From Calditrichaceae bacterium (GTDB lineage: Bacteria; Calditrichota; Calditrichia; Calditrichales; JBFXGD01), in the NCBI GenBank assembly GCA_050173015.1, contig JBFXLE010000005.1, positions 112,194 to 176,193 on the forward strand: DNA of 64,000 nt, written 5' to 3'. A program made the translations under genes and the position numbers. Shown here piece by piece: positions 12,738 through 22,908 of the stretch. The number at the start of each line of letters is the position of its first letter. Positions within the stretch are counted from its first letter, which is position 1. Below the pieces are notes generated by a model. That model did no database searches. It was not told the origin of the DNA and worked only from the letters and a program-made list of their open reading frames with translations.

Positions 12738-13656
12738 AGTCTTTGAGGATTTGTCGGATCTGATAACAGAAGAGCGAAATCCGCGATCTGTAAATATTGA
12801 TTTGATGAGCACCGATGAAATCATACGATTGATTAATGATAAAGACAAAGCGGTGGCGGAAGCGGTGAGAATGGAATTACCGAATATTTCCCGCGCGGTC
12901 GATTTAATTGTAAATGCCTTCCGGACGAAAGGCCGTTTAATTTATGTTGGAGCCGGGACATCGGGAAGACTTGGGATGTATGACGCCGCTGAGTGCCCTC
13001 CAACATTCGGCGTAGATCCTGAAATGGTGACGGCGGTTATCGCCGGAGGTAATGACGCGCTGGTGATGTCGATTGAAGGAGCGGAAGATGATGAAAAGGC
13101 GGGGCGGGAAGATTTAAGACGCGTGCTGCGATCGGATAAAGATGTGGTTTGTGGAATCGCCGCGAGTGCCAGAACGCCTTATGTGAAAGGTGCTCTTGAT
13201 GAAGCCGCGGCTGCAGGCGCAAAAAGAATTTTCATCGTTTGTAATCCCATAAATAAAATGAAATTCGATTTTGATGTTGTCATTGGTCCGGTTACCGGTC
13301 CGGAAGTGATTACGGGATCCACAAGAATGAAAGCAGGGTTGGCTCAAAAGATGATTTTAAATATGCTTACAACGGCATCGATGATAAAAATGGGTAAGGT
13401 CTACGAAAATCTGATGGTGGACTTAAAACTGAATTCAAAAAAACTTACAGAACGAGCCAAAAAACTGATCATGACCGCGGCAGACGTTGATTATGAAAAA
13501 GCCGCTGAACTGCTTATCGCCTCAGGCGGGAATGTAAAAACAGCTATATTTATGGCCAAAACAGGGTGTTCGTTCGATGATGCCAGCAATTTTCTGTCCC
13601 AAGGTGAAGGTTTTCTTAGAAAGGTAATCCGGGAGTGGGAATCATCGCAAGCTTAA
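12724..13656 (+). CDS. murQ: N-acetylmuramic acid 6-phosphate etherase
   Basis: TEERNPRS, GAGTSGRLG, DAAECPPTFG, GPEVITGSTRMKAG. Confidence 0.94.
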   Translation: MSKDKVFEDLSDLITEERNPRSVNIDLMSTDEIIRLINDKDKAVAEAVRMELPNISRAVDLIVNAFRTKGRLIYVGAGTSGRLGMYDAAECPPTFGVDPEMVTAVIAGGNDALVMSIEGAEDDEKAGREDLRRVLRSDKDVVCGIAASARTPYVKGALDEAAAAGAKRIFIVCNPINKMKFDFDVVIGPVTGPEVITGSTRMKAGLAQKMILNMLTTASMIKMGKVYENLMVDLKLNSKKLTERAKKLIMTAADVDYEKAAELLIASGGNVKTAIFMAKTGCSFDDASNFLSQGEGFLRKVIREWESSQA

Positions 13657-14831
13657 ATCGCGCTTTGAATAGCCGGGTCATGAATAGACTCAAAGCTCAG
13701 ATACTTTTCATACACCGGCTTGGTTAGGTTCATTTCCGGAAAACGATGATATAAACTCTCCGCGAACATGAAATCGAGATGATTGGTACTGGCCGGTGTG
13801 AAGTCCATTACTTTTTTCCAGATTTCTTTATCTTCCATGCAAAAATAAACGAATACCTCCGGAGAGTAATTTCTAATTCGGCTATAAATTGATCTGAACA
13901 TTTGGAGACGAATCGGTTTAAAATAACGTGTCTTCTGGTCTTTGCCCGTTATCTGTTCACCTCGGATGATTGATGTTCCCGGGAACCGGTCTCTGATTGT
14001 CTCTTTGAGCGACGGAGGAAATCGCAATCCTCCTATGCTGATCCAGGCGATATTGGCTGGATTTATGGAATTGAAAAGCTGCTCAATAACATTCCCATAA
14101 CCTGATTCCCACTCTTCATAAAAAATAACCGGATCAAAATGAAATCCCAGCTTGAAGCCCATTTTCTCCGCCAAAGCAGCCGATTCAAATCTTTCTTCAA
14201 GGCTGGCGGTTTTAAATTCTATATCCTTTATAACCTGATCAGGGTTTAATGACCATGATAGTACTAAGTTATTCGTTTTATTCCGGAAAGATTCCAAATG
14301 ACGCACATGATTTGTTTTTGATTTAAGTTCAAAAAAAATATTAGGTTTGGTGCTGAAATACGGAATCAGCAAAGAAGAAATTCCCGTATATTCCTCCAGA
14401 GCAAGGCTGTCGGCCAGTTCACCGGTTCCAATTCGAATAATACGTTCGGGAAACTTAGCCGTAAAGACATCGAATTCCTCTAATATCTTATGATAATTCG
14501 CATAAACGGTAAGAACAGAGCTGCTCATGTAGCTCTGTAGAATACAGTAGGCGCAATCAAGTGGACATCCGGTTGTTTCATTGATAACCTGGTAATTGCA
14601 GCAAATATAATCATGAGAAGTCCCGGGGCAGGGCTTACAAAAATTGCCTTTATAGGTTGTTATGTAAAGCAGTCGCTTGCCCTCGGTAATGGAAGATGAT
14701 TCAAGTTGCTCCGGCGGCGCGTCAGAAATAGTAACAGGTGTATCCGGAAGCTTTGAGATAATATTCTTCGCAAAGGCGCTATCGAGAACGTCGCGATTAA
14801 TATATATGTGTGAGATTAATACCGGTCTCAT
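13653..14831 (-). CDS. Spore photoproduct lyase-like radical SAM protein
   Basis: CPGT...CCNY, CxxxCxxC (GCPLDCAYC), RIGTGELADSLALE, SWSLNP, GFHFDP, YFCME. Confidence 0.8.
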   Translation of the reverse strand: MRPVLISHIYINRDVLDSAFAKNIISKLPDTPVTISDAPPEQLESSSITEGKRLLYITTYKGNFCKPCPGTSHDYICCNYQVINETTGCPLDCAYCILQSYMSSSVLTVYANYHKILEEFDVFTAKFPERIIRIGTGELADSLALEEYTGISSLLIPYFSTKPNIFFELKSKTNHVRHLESFRNKTNNLVLSWSLNPDQVIKDIEFKTASLEERFESAALAEKMGFKLGFHFDPVIFYEEWESGYGNVIEQLFNSINPANIAWISIGGLRFPPSLKETIRDRFPGTSIIRGEQITGKDQKTRYFKPIRLQMFRSIYSRIRNYSPEVFVYFCMEDKEIWKKVMDFTPASTNHLDFMFAESLYHRFPEMNLTKPVYEKYLSFESIHDPAIQSAI

Positions 14832-15790
14832 AAGATATCGAGAAGCTCCTTCATTAACTTATGATTTTTATCTGTGTCAAGCTGGCTGAGAGATGTTCTA
14901 AAATCATTCACATGTTTAATATTTATAATTAGTTGCACTCCCTCGGATTCAAAGGATTTATCAAATTTAATTTGAGCGCCGGACGGCAAATCTATTTCTT
15001 TGATTTTTTGTAGTGTCTTATCCCTGTGCTGAGATATAGTCGGATAGCGCAAGGAATAGAGGGCGTTTTTCAGGTGTTGGGTTTTTTGGCTTTTTGTTAA
15101 ACGGTCATTTGATAAAACCACCCGGACGGATTCATGGTTAAGAATCTTTTTGATGCCGGTGTTTTTATTCAGAGCGGACTCAAAAACCAGCTCGCTGATA
15201 TTGATCAATTCAACAAGACGTACAGATAACTGAAATCCAATATCAAAAATAGGAGATAATTCAGTTTCGGATTTATCCAAAAGCGGGCGCAGTTGTCTGT
15301 ATGTCGCGTTATATTTGTTTATATACCTTAAAAAAGGTTCGGGCCAGAGCAGTATGCGATTGATTTTAGCCATTTGTGATTTGTCATGCGGAAGATTTAG
15401 TCGTTTCCGCCATGTGTCGAGTTCTGGCGGCGGAACAGAATTTTTAACCAAAAAATGATAAAGAGCGATTTTTTGATATATGTTTGGTTCTGAATCATAG
15501 ATCAGCGAAAAAAGTCTGATTTTTGCGATATCGGAAGGATCTAGAGAAGAATCCAAAATAGTAACGGGAACAGACTTAAGAGAGAGCTCAGCGGCGATAT
15601 CCAGTCTTTTGTAACCGTCGACAACATAAATTCTGCCCTTATTGTAAAAACAAATTAAAGGACTTAGTATTCCGAATTGTTCTATCGAAGAACGAAGATG
15701 GACTGATTCCGGTGTTAGGTTAATATTAAAATCGGCCTCAATATAAATTTCATCCGGATTCAAATTTTTTGTTATATTTAAGTCTTTCAT
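14828..15790 (-). CDS. ParB/Sulfiredoxin N-terminal domain protein
   Basis: L.SSI.QFGILSPL...VVDGYKRL.....L..VPV resembles the ParB-N box; 4-nt overlap with the radical SAM gene. Confidence 0.7.
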   Translation of the reverse strand: MKDLNITKNLNPDEIYIEADFNINLTPESVHLRSSIEQFGILSPLICFYNKGRIYVVDGYKRLDIAAELSLKSVPVTILDSSLDPSDIAKIRLFSLIYDSEPNIYQKIALYHFLVKNSVPPPELDTWRKRLNLPHDKSQMAKINRILLWPEPFLRYINKYNATYRQLRPLLDKSETELSPIFDIGFQLSVRLVELINISELVFESALNKNTGIKKILNHESVRVVLSNDRLTKSQKTQHLKNALYSLRYPTISQHRDKTLQKIKEIDLPSGAQIKFDKSFESEGVQLIINIKHVNDFRTSLSQLDTDKNHKLMKELLDIL

Positions 15791-15961
15791 TTGCTCTACA
15801 TTCTGAATATTGGCAACATTAGTTTTATCGTTTCAGTCTTTATTCAATACACTCCGCAAAGATATTATTAAATTCACAATTATAAAAATTAAATAGAATA
15901 AAACAAATAATTTTTGTATGTTTATTTATAGGTAGAAGTATAATTCCTGAAGGAGTTTTAT

Positions 15962-16309
15962 ATGAGACGATATATCAAATCCAGCTGGATTCAAACCAAT
16001 GCTGAATCTCTTGATCCAAAGCTCACTCAGCAGGTATTTAAGTCACAGAATATCATGGTGGTGCGCTATGTTTATGAACCGGGTCTGGAATTTCCGGAAC
16101 ATTCTCATCCTCAGGAACAGGTAACCATCGTAAGCAGTGGTGAACTTCTTTTTGATATTGACGGAGAAAAGGTTAAAGTTAAGAAAGATGAAATCTGCGC
16201 AATTTCCCCCAATGTTCCACATAGCACAAAGGTGATAAGCGAAGAAGGAGCGCAGACCGTCAGCATCTTTACGCCAATTAAAGATAGAGTCATCATCGAA
16301 CGAGAATAA
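15962..16309 (+). CDS. Cupin-domain protein
   Basis: PEHSHPQEQ...G.L.F...ISPNVPHS cupin motifs. Confidence 0.85.
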   Translation: MRRYIKSSWIQTNAESLDPKLTQQVFKSQNIMVVRYVYEPGLEFPEHSHPQEQVTIVSSGELLFDIDGEKVKVKKDEICAISPNVPHSTKVISEEGAQTVSIFTPIKDRVIIERE

Positions 16310-16385
16310 CTATTTCCACTTTATTCTATTAAATCTAAACCCTGGTTGAAACAGTATATGATAAATATTTAATTATAAAGGGTTT

Positions 16386-17564
16386 ATGACAACTTTACTA
16401 AGTCTTGTTCTGCTCATATTTGTCGCGTATATCGGATCAATCTTTTATCAACGTCTGCGGATTAACGCGCTCTGGATGAAGAGTTTTGCTTATTCTGGAA
16501 GTGTGTATCTGCTGCTCGGGTATTTGATTGGACCATCATCGCTAAAAATTGTGACCATGGATATCCTGGATCAATTGAAAGTACTTTTCGCACTTGTTTT
16601 GGGTTGGGCAGGGTTCTTAATAGGATTACAGGTTAATATCAGGGCTTTAAAAAGATTCCAAATATCATATTATAAATTTGCAACATTAAATTTTATCATT
16701 GCTTTATTATTGACATATTTCGCGCTTCTTTATTCCTTTGAACAAATTTTTCACATCACCGATAAAAATGAGATATTTATACTTTCACTTGCTACCGCGG
16801 TGACATCTCCGATTATCATTGGTGTGGTATCCAGGGAAAGAAAACTGTCTGGTAGATTATCGCATTTGCTTCAGTTTAGCGCTGGCTATGATAATATTCT
16901 TGGAATCATAATCGTGGGCATATTCGCGGCGGTTGTTTGTGATACAACGCTTATTGGGGGTTTTCATCCGGGGGTGTTGCTGATCCTTGTATCGGCGGCC
17001 ATTGGACTGATAGCCGCGTATCTTTATCAGTTACTGTCAAAAGAATTGAAGACAGAAGAAGAGAATTTCCTGCTTCTGCTTGGGTTGATGATATTTATTG
17101 TAGGGATTGCCCTATACCTAAGCCAGAGCCTGCTTTTTATATCATTCGTATTCGGCGCGGGACTTGCGAACCGAAAAATGGATACCAAAAAGTTGTTTTT
17201 AAATATTGAAAAAATAGAGAAACCACTATATATCCTGCTATTAATATATGTAGGCGCCAAATTGGATTTAACGGATCCCGTGTATATAGCATTATTAACA
17301 ATATTTCTGGCTGTAAATGTTTTAACAAAATTGTTATCTGGAGTTATGGCGAATTATACGCTGAATAAACACTCAAGATTAAAAAAATCGATCGGACTGG
17401 CAAATTTGGGCATGGGAGGTTTGTCGCTGGCCCTGATTCTTGATTTTCATTTGATAAATTCATCTGAATATACGCCGATACTTTTATTTGTGTTAACAAT
17501 TTCAATTATTCTAAACGATTTGTTTTCAATGATTTATCTGGATAAAATAACGGTAAAGAATTAA
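16386..17564 (+). CDS. Cation:proton antiporter-like membrane protein
   Basis: About 12 hydrophobic segments; GYLIGP, GWAGFLIGL, TSP and YDN motifs. Confidence 0.65.
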   Translation: MTTLLSLVLLIFVAYIGSIFYQRLRINALWMKSFAYSGSVYLLLGYLIGPSSLKIVTMDILDQLKVLFALVLGWAGFLIGLQVNIRALKRFQISYYKFATLNFIIALLLTYFALLYSFEQIFHITDKNEIFILSLATAVTSPIIIGVVSRERKLSGRLSHLLQFSAGYDNILGIIIVGIFAAVVCDTTLIGGFHPGVLLILVSAAIGLIAAYLYQLLSKELKTEEENFLLLLGLMIFIVGIALYLSQSLLFISFVFGAGLANRKMDTKKLFLNIEKIEKPLYILLLIYVGAKLDLTDPVYIALLTIFLAVNVLTKLLSGVMANYTLNKHSRLKKSIGLANLGMGGLSLALILDFHLINSSEYTPILLFVLTISIILNDLFSMIYLDKITVKN

Positions 17565-17578
17565 ACTAAAAGGACAGA

Positions 17579-18868
17579 ATGGCCAGAATTATCATCACAA
17601 TTTCTTTACTGGTACTGTTTTCTTTTATCAAATATGTTGTCAACTATGACGGAGATTTGTCCGCGGAAACGACGATGTTGACAGGTATTATGTTACTGTC
17701 TTCATACCTTTTAGCTATTTCATTAAAGGATATAAAGCTACCTAAATTATCCGGTTATATGCTGATGGGGATCGTTCTGGGACCCATCGGATTAAATTTT
17801 CTCACCCATGATATTCTGGATAATTTAAAATTCCTCGAAAATCTGGCGCTATCATTTATTGCAATAACAGCAGGAGGCGAATTTAAGCGGGAACGTGTGA
17901 GAAAGATCCTAAAGTCTGTTATTTATTTAATCGTAGGGCAGTCAGTATTCGTTTTTGTGGGATTATTTATTTTAATAATATTTCTTGCTGAATATATACC
18001 TTACCTTGCACGGCTGGATTCGGGCCTGTTAATCGGATTCGCGATTATGTTCGCAGGGACGGCAACCGCAAAATCACCCGCGATAACCATTGGTATAATT
18101 ACAGAGCTTAAGTCAAAGGGAAAAATGACGGATATGGTTCTGGCGGTGACAGTAATTAAATCAATCTTGCTGATTTTGCTGTTTCCGTTTATGATATCCG
18201 CCGCAAAGATATTTATAATAGAGGGAACCGTTATAAATATCGGAATGCTTTCTGAACTTTCCGTTCAATTTATGAGTTCGATCGGGCTGGGGACAATCCT
18301 GGGCGTTTTGACAATTATTTATATAAAATATATTAATAAGGAAGTCAGCTTGTTTTTGTTGGGTATAGCGATAATCATTATGGAAATAAGCGCTCTCTTT
18401 AATGTGGAAATTCTGCTGGCGTCGCTTGTAACAGGCATAATAGTGGAAAATTTTTCCAAACATGGAGATTCGCTGATTCAGGGAATTGAAGGAAGCTCTC
18501 TGCCGCTATACATCATATTTTTCTGTTTCGCGGGCGCGGATTTACATTTGGGGACGTTAAAGCAGGCGTTATTATTGACAACATTGCTTGTTCTGGGGCG
18601 ATTAGTATTCATCTATGCGGGAAATTACGTAGGCGCTCTTCTTGCCGGTGAAAACAGGAACATTAAAAATCTTTCATGGATGGGATTTGTTGGGCAGGCG
18701 GGTATTGCTGTGGGATTGGCAACGATAATTGAGAATACCTTCCCGGGTGTGGTAGGACAACAATTAAAGACGATCCTGATCGCGACGGTAGTCATCAATG
18801 AATTGATAGGCCCGATTTTCTTTAAATATATTTTGATTAAGTCTGGTGAAACACAAAAAAAGGGGTAG
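17579..18868 (+). CDS. Cation:proton antiporter (CPA2-like)
   Basis: LPKLSGY..GIVLGP, IAITAGGE, SPAITI, QAGIAVGLA, INELIGP. Confidence 0.75.
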   Translation: MARIIITISLLVLFSFIKYVVNYDGDLSAETTMLTGIMLLSSYLLAISLKDIKLPKLSGYMLMGIVLGPIGLNFLTHDILDNLKFLENLALSFIAITAGGEFKRERVRKILKSVIYLIVGQSVFVFVGLFILIIFLAEYIPYLARLDSGLLIGFAIMFAGTATAKSPAITIGIITELKSKGKMTDMVLAVTVIKSILLILLFPFMISAAKIFIIEGTVINIGMLSELSVQFMSSIGLGTILGVLTIIYIKYINKEVSLFLLGIAIIIMEISALFNVEILLASLVTGIIVENFSKHGDSLIQGIEGSSLPLYIIFFCFAGADLHLGTLKQALLLTTLLVLGRLVFIYAGNYVGALLAGENRNIKNLSWMGFVGQAGIAVGLATIIENTFPGVVGQQLKTILIATVVINELIGPIFFKYILIKSGETQKKG

Positions 18869-19631
18869 TAGTTTGGCGGAAACAGAAAAAAAAATTATGC
18901 CTGGGTGTGAGCCCATATTTCAGAAAGGAAATAAAACCGGTGTATTGCTGCTGCACGGCTTTACGGGGAGTCCGTTTGAAATGAAGCCCTTAGCGGATTC
19001 TCTTATTCAGGATGGGTATACGGTAAGCGTGCCTCTGTTGTGCGGCCATGGCACAAATCATGACGATTTGTTAAAATGTAAATGGGATGACTGGTTTAAT
19101 AACGTAAAAGAAGCATTGTTTGAGATGCGTAAAAACTGTAAAAAAGTAATAGTTTGCGGATTGTCAACGGGGGGGAGCCTTGCCTTGCATTTGGCGGCGC
19201 ATTATCAGATTGAAGGGATCGTGGCTCTTGCCCCGGGACTTGTTTTGAAGGAGAAAAAATCAATACTTCTCCCATTTGTCGCACCGTTTAAAAAATACCG
19301 TAGCAATAACAGCGGGCCGGATATAAGTGATTCTGAAATGAAAAAAAAGATACCTGTTTATACAAAGACCCCATTAAAAGCAGCTCTGGAAATCGTAAGA
19401 CTTTACGAGCATCTTCGTATGGATCTTCCAGAAATTTATTCTCCCCTAATGCTTGCGCACTCCAGGAATGATCATGTGGTGGATTTTAAAAGTTCCGAAC
19501 TGATTTATGAGAACGTTTCATCAAAAAACAAAAGATTTTTAAAACTGGAGAAATCATATCATATAATCACATTGGACATTGAGCAAAAAATTTTATTTCG
19601 GGAAATAAAGAAATTTATAAATGAAGTTTAA
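18846..19631 (+). CDS. Alpha/beta hydrolase (carboxylesterase, Est30-like)
   Basis: LLHGFTGSP, GLSTGG nucleophile elbow, DHVV, SYH; start uncertain. Confidence 0.88.
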   Translation: MKHKKRGSSLAETEKKIMPGCEPIFQKGNKTGVLLLHGFTGSPFEMKPLADSLIQDGYTVSVPLLCGHGTNHDDLLKCKWDDWFNNVKEALFEMRKNCKKVIVCGLSTGGSLALHLAAHYQIEGIVALAPGLVLKEKKSILLPFVAPFKKYRSNNSGPDISDSEMKKKIPVYTKTPLKAALEIVRLYEHLRMDLPEIYSPLMLAHSRNDHVVDFKSSELIYENVSSKNKRFLKLEKSYHIITLDIEQKILFREIKKFINEV

Positions 19632-19715
19632 ACTGCGGATGCCCGGACATAGCAAATCTTGATTAACAGTTTAAAATTAATTAAATTATAAACTTAATAA
19701 AAAAAATATACCAAT

Positions 19716-20699
19716 ATGTCAGAACTGCGAAAAGATCCGATTTTAGGCCGGTGGGTAATTATTTCAAAAGAAAGAGGTAAGCGTCCGATTGATTTTGAGA
19801 TAATCGCCGCCTCTTCCAAATCCGAATATTGCCCTTTCTGCCCCGGAAACGAAGAAAGCACACCGCCGGAAATTTATCAATTCTCCGGTGAGAATCATGG
19901 CTGGGATCTAAGAGTAATACCAAATAAATTTCCGGTATTACATGTTGAAGGGAATCTGGATCGCAAGGGAGAAGGAATTTATGATCTTCTGAACGGCATC
20001 GGCGCCCATGAGGTGATTATTGAAACGAATGATCATGACGTACAGATGGAAAATTATAACCAGCCACATCTTGAAAATATCCTCAAGACTTATCGCTCGA
20101 GAATACTTGATTTAAAAAATGATCAGCGTCTTAAGTATGCGATTGTATTCAAGAATCATGGCGCGGATGCCGGTGCATCATTGGAGCACGCGCATTCCCA
20201 ACTGGTTGCGCTTCCGATAGTACCCCAGATCATAAGCGAAGAACTTGCCGGGTCGAAGAAATATTTTGATTTTAAGGAACGGTGTATTTTTTGTGATATC
20301 ATTGATCAGGAGCTTGAACAGCAAAAAAGAATCGTTCTTGATAGTGAGCATTTTATAGCGATAGAGCCTTATGCAGCCAGGTTCCCGTTCGAAACTTGGA
20401 TACTCCCAAAAAAACATGAGTCCAATTTTGAGATGCTGGAGAACAACCGAATACCCAACCTGGCAAATTTGTTGTTGAACACATTAAAAAAACTAAAAAT
20501 CGCATTAAATAATGCATCATATAACCTGGTTATTCACAGTGCTCCTTTTGCAAATGAATTTATGTCTTATTATCACTGGCATATCGAAATTATACCTAAG
20601 ATTTCTCAGGTAGCGGGTTTTGAATGGGGGACCGGATTCTATATTAATCCGACATCACCCGAAGAAGCTGCAGAGTTTTTACAAAATATAACATTTTAA
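19716..20699 (+). CDS. galT: Galactose-1-phosphate uridylyltransferase family protein
   Basis: MSELRKDP, CPFCPGNE, NKFP, GASLEHAHSQ, GFEWGTG. Confidence 0.88.
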   Translation: MSELRKDPILGRWVIISKERGKRPIDFEIIAASSKSEYCPFCPGNEESTPPEIYQFSGENHGWDLRVIPNKFPVLHVEGNLDRKGEGIYDLLNGIGAHEVIIETNDHDVQMENYNQPHLENILKTYRSRILDLKNDQRLKYAIVFKNHGADAGASLEHAHSQLVALPIVPQIISEELAGSKKYFDFKERCIFCDIIDQELEQQKRIVLDSEHFIAIEPYAARFPFETWILPKKHESNFEMLENNRIPNLANLLLNTLKKLKIALNNASYNLVIHSAPFANEFMSYYHWHIEIIPKISQVAGFEWGTGFYINPTSPEEAAEFLQNITF

Positions 20700-20721
20700 A
20701 GCTAAAGATGATGAGGTTATC

Positions 20722-22200
20722 ATGAAACAGTTCAAAATTTTATATCTGGCATCAGAAGTGGCACCTTTTGCAAAAGCAGGCGGCTTAGCGGATGTAACCG
20801 GTGCCTTGCCGAAAGCACTAAAAGGATTGAACCAGGAAATTCGAATCATGATGCCGAAATATAAATTCATAAATGAAAGAAAGTTTGTGCTCCGGGAGGT
20901 TATCCGATTAAAAGAAATACCGGTTACTATTAACGGCCGCACAGAGATAGCGAATGTGAAGTCCGCTTTTCTGCCCGATAGTAAGGTTCAGATATATTTT
21001 ATTGAAATTGCCGATTTCTTCTCTCGTCCGGGAATCTATGGAGATCCCAATACGGGCGAACCGTATGAGGATAATGCCGAAAGATTCGCTTTTTTCTCAA
21101 AAGCGGCGATGGAAACATTAAAAATACTATCCTGGCAGCCTGACGCGATACATTGTAATGACTGGCAGACTGCGTGCGTCCCGGTGTATCTCAAAACGCT
21201 CTATCAGGGAGATCCCTTTTTCAAAGGTGTAAAAACAGTATATACTATTCATAATCTGACTTCGCAGGGGGCGTTTGATACAAAAAAGGCCAAGCCGATA
21301 GAATTTGATGAGAGCCAGGTTAAGGAAGGTGGAATGTTTTACAAGGACGGCATGCTGAATCTCACCAAAGGCGCGATTTACTTTTCAGATTTTATTACCA
21401 CCGTTTCAGGAAATTACGCGTCTGAGATTGTCAGCGATGCTAAATTCGGATTTGGATTCGGAAAGCTGTTAGATGAGATGGGTGAGAAATTTGAAGGTAT
21501 TCTTAACGGAGTAGATTACACGGTCTGGACGCCGGACACGGATAAACTGATTCCGAATCAATATTCCGGTGAAGATATGTCGGGCAAGGAAGAGAACAAA
21601 GAAGCGCTTATACTTAGGCTGGGCGTAAAAATCAAACCCGATGTTCCCGTGATCAGTTTGATTTCCAGGATTTCAGAGCAAAAAGGATTAGATCTGGTCG
21701 TGGGTGCTTTGGATGAGTTGTTAAAATTGAATTTACATCTAAGTATCATTGGTGACGGAGAACCGGAGCTCACTGAAAAAATAGCTGCCTATCATAAGAA
21801 ATTTCCGGATAAAATTAGTATTAATGTCAATTTTGATGAAAAAATGATACATCTGGCTCTTGCCGGGTCGGATCTGTATATAATGCCATCAAAATATGAA
21901 CCGTGTGGTTTGAATCAGATATACAGTATGAAATACGGCACCATTCCAATCGTGTCAGCCGTCGGTGGGCTTTATGATACCGTGGATGATATAGATATGA
22001 AATCGGGTGAAGGCACCGGACTCATACTTGAAACTCTTTCATCAAAGAGTATTGTAGATGCCGTCAAAAAGGCGCTTACTTTATACGGAAACAAGGAATT
22101 GTGGAGCGAATTGCAGAAGCGGATTATGAATGAAGATTTTTCATGGGAAGTTTCCGCAAATCGATATGTCGATATATATGACAGAGTCATAAATGATTAA
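20722..22200 (+). CDS. glgA: Glycogen synthase
   Basis: EVAPFAKAGGLADV, HCNDWQT, TIHNL, GILNGVD, PSKYEPCGLNQ. Confidence 0.93.
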   Translation: MKQFKILYLASEVAPFAKAGGLADVTGALPKALKGLNQEIRIMMPKYKFINERKFVLREVIRLKEIPVTINGRTEIANVKSAFLPDSKVQIYFIEIADFFSRPGIYGDPNTGEPYEDNAERFAFFSKAAMETLKILSWQPDAIHCNDWQTACVPVYLKTLYQGDPFFKGVKTVYTIHNLTSQGAFDTKKAKPIEFDESQVKEGGMFYKDGMLNLTKGAIYFSDFITTVSGNYASEIVSDAKFGFGFGKLLDEMGEKFEGILNGVDYTVWTPDTDKLIPNQYSGEDMSGKEENKEALILRLGVKIKPDVPVISLISRISEQKGLDLVVGALDELLKLNLHLSIIGDGEPELTEKIAAYHKKFPDKISINVNFDEKMIHLALAGSDLYIMPSKYEPCGLNQIYSMKYGTIPIVSAVGGLYDTVDDIDMKSGEGTGLILETLSSKSIVDAVKKALTLYGNKELWSELQKRIMNEDFSWEVSANRYVDIYDRVIND

Positions 22201-22255
22201 ACTTCGGAGGTTTAATATCCGGGAACGGCGGATTTAATACAACGGGAACACCGGT

Positions 22256-22825
22256 ATGAACAGAGCAGTATTTCTCGACAGGGATGGAACCATAAATGAG
22301 GAAATGGGTTATATAAACCACGTCAAAAGGTTCCGGATATTTGATTTTGTTCCTGAGGCAATTAAGATTTTTAATTTACTTGGATTTAAGGTAATAGTAG
22401 TTACAAATCAGTCAGGGCTTGGTCGGGGTTATTTTGATGAGCGCTTATTGGATGAAGTTCACAAAACACTTCTAACAACGGTATCGGAGCAGGACGGAAA
22501 AATAGATAAAATCTACTATTGCCCGCATCATCCAACGGACGCGATAGATAAATACAGAATGGATTGTAATTGCCGTAAACCAAAGACAGGAATGATTGAT
22601 CAGGCCCGGGAAGAATTTAACATCGATATGAACAATTCGTTCATGATCGGAGACCGGTTTAAGGATGTGGAATTTGGTAAAAAAGCAGGATTGCAGACGG
22701 TTATGGTGTTAACAGGTTATGGATTGGGAGAATATACTTATCAAAGAAAAGACTGGTCATTCCTTCCCGACCATTTTGCGGATAATCTGCTTGAAGCGGC
22801 AAAGATAATTACAAAACTGGTCTGA
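22256..22825 (+). CDS. gmhB: D-glycero-D-manno-heptose-1,7-bisphosphate phosphatase (HAD)
   Basis: FLDRDGTIN, VTNQSG, CPHHP, CRKPKTGM, MIGD. Confidence 0.88.
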   Translation: MNRAVFLDRDGTINEEMGYINHVKRFRIFDFVPEAIKIFNLLGFKVIVVTNQSGLGRGYFDERLLDEVHKTLLTTVSEQDGKIDKIYYCPHHPTDAIDKYRMDCNCRKPKTGMIDQAREEFNIDMNNSFMIGDRFKDVEFGKKAGLQTVMVLTGYGLGEYTYQRKDWSFLPDHFADNLLEAAKIITKLV

Positions 22826-22908
22826 GAAACAAAACGGTTTATTTCAGATTGACATAAAAAATGTGAATTTATAAATTAGCAAACTCAAAATTATCACTCA
22901 GGGACGGT

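Noticed and set aside
14828-15790. Canonical chromosome-partitioning ParB for the nearby parS sites
   Set aside because: It lacks the GERRxRA motif and a parA partner, and it is coupled to a radical SAM gene.
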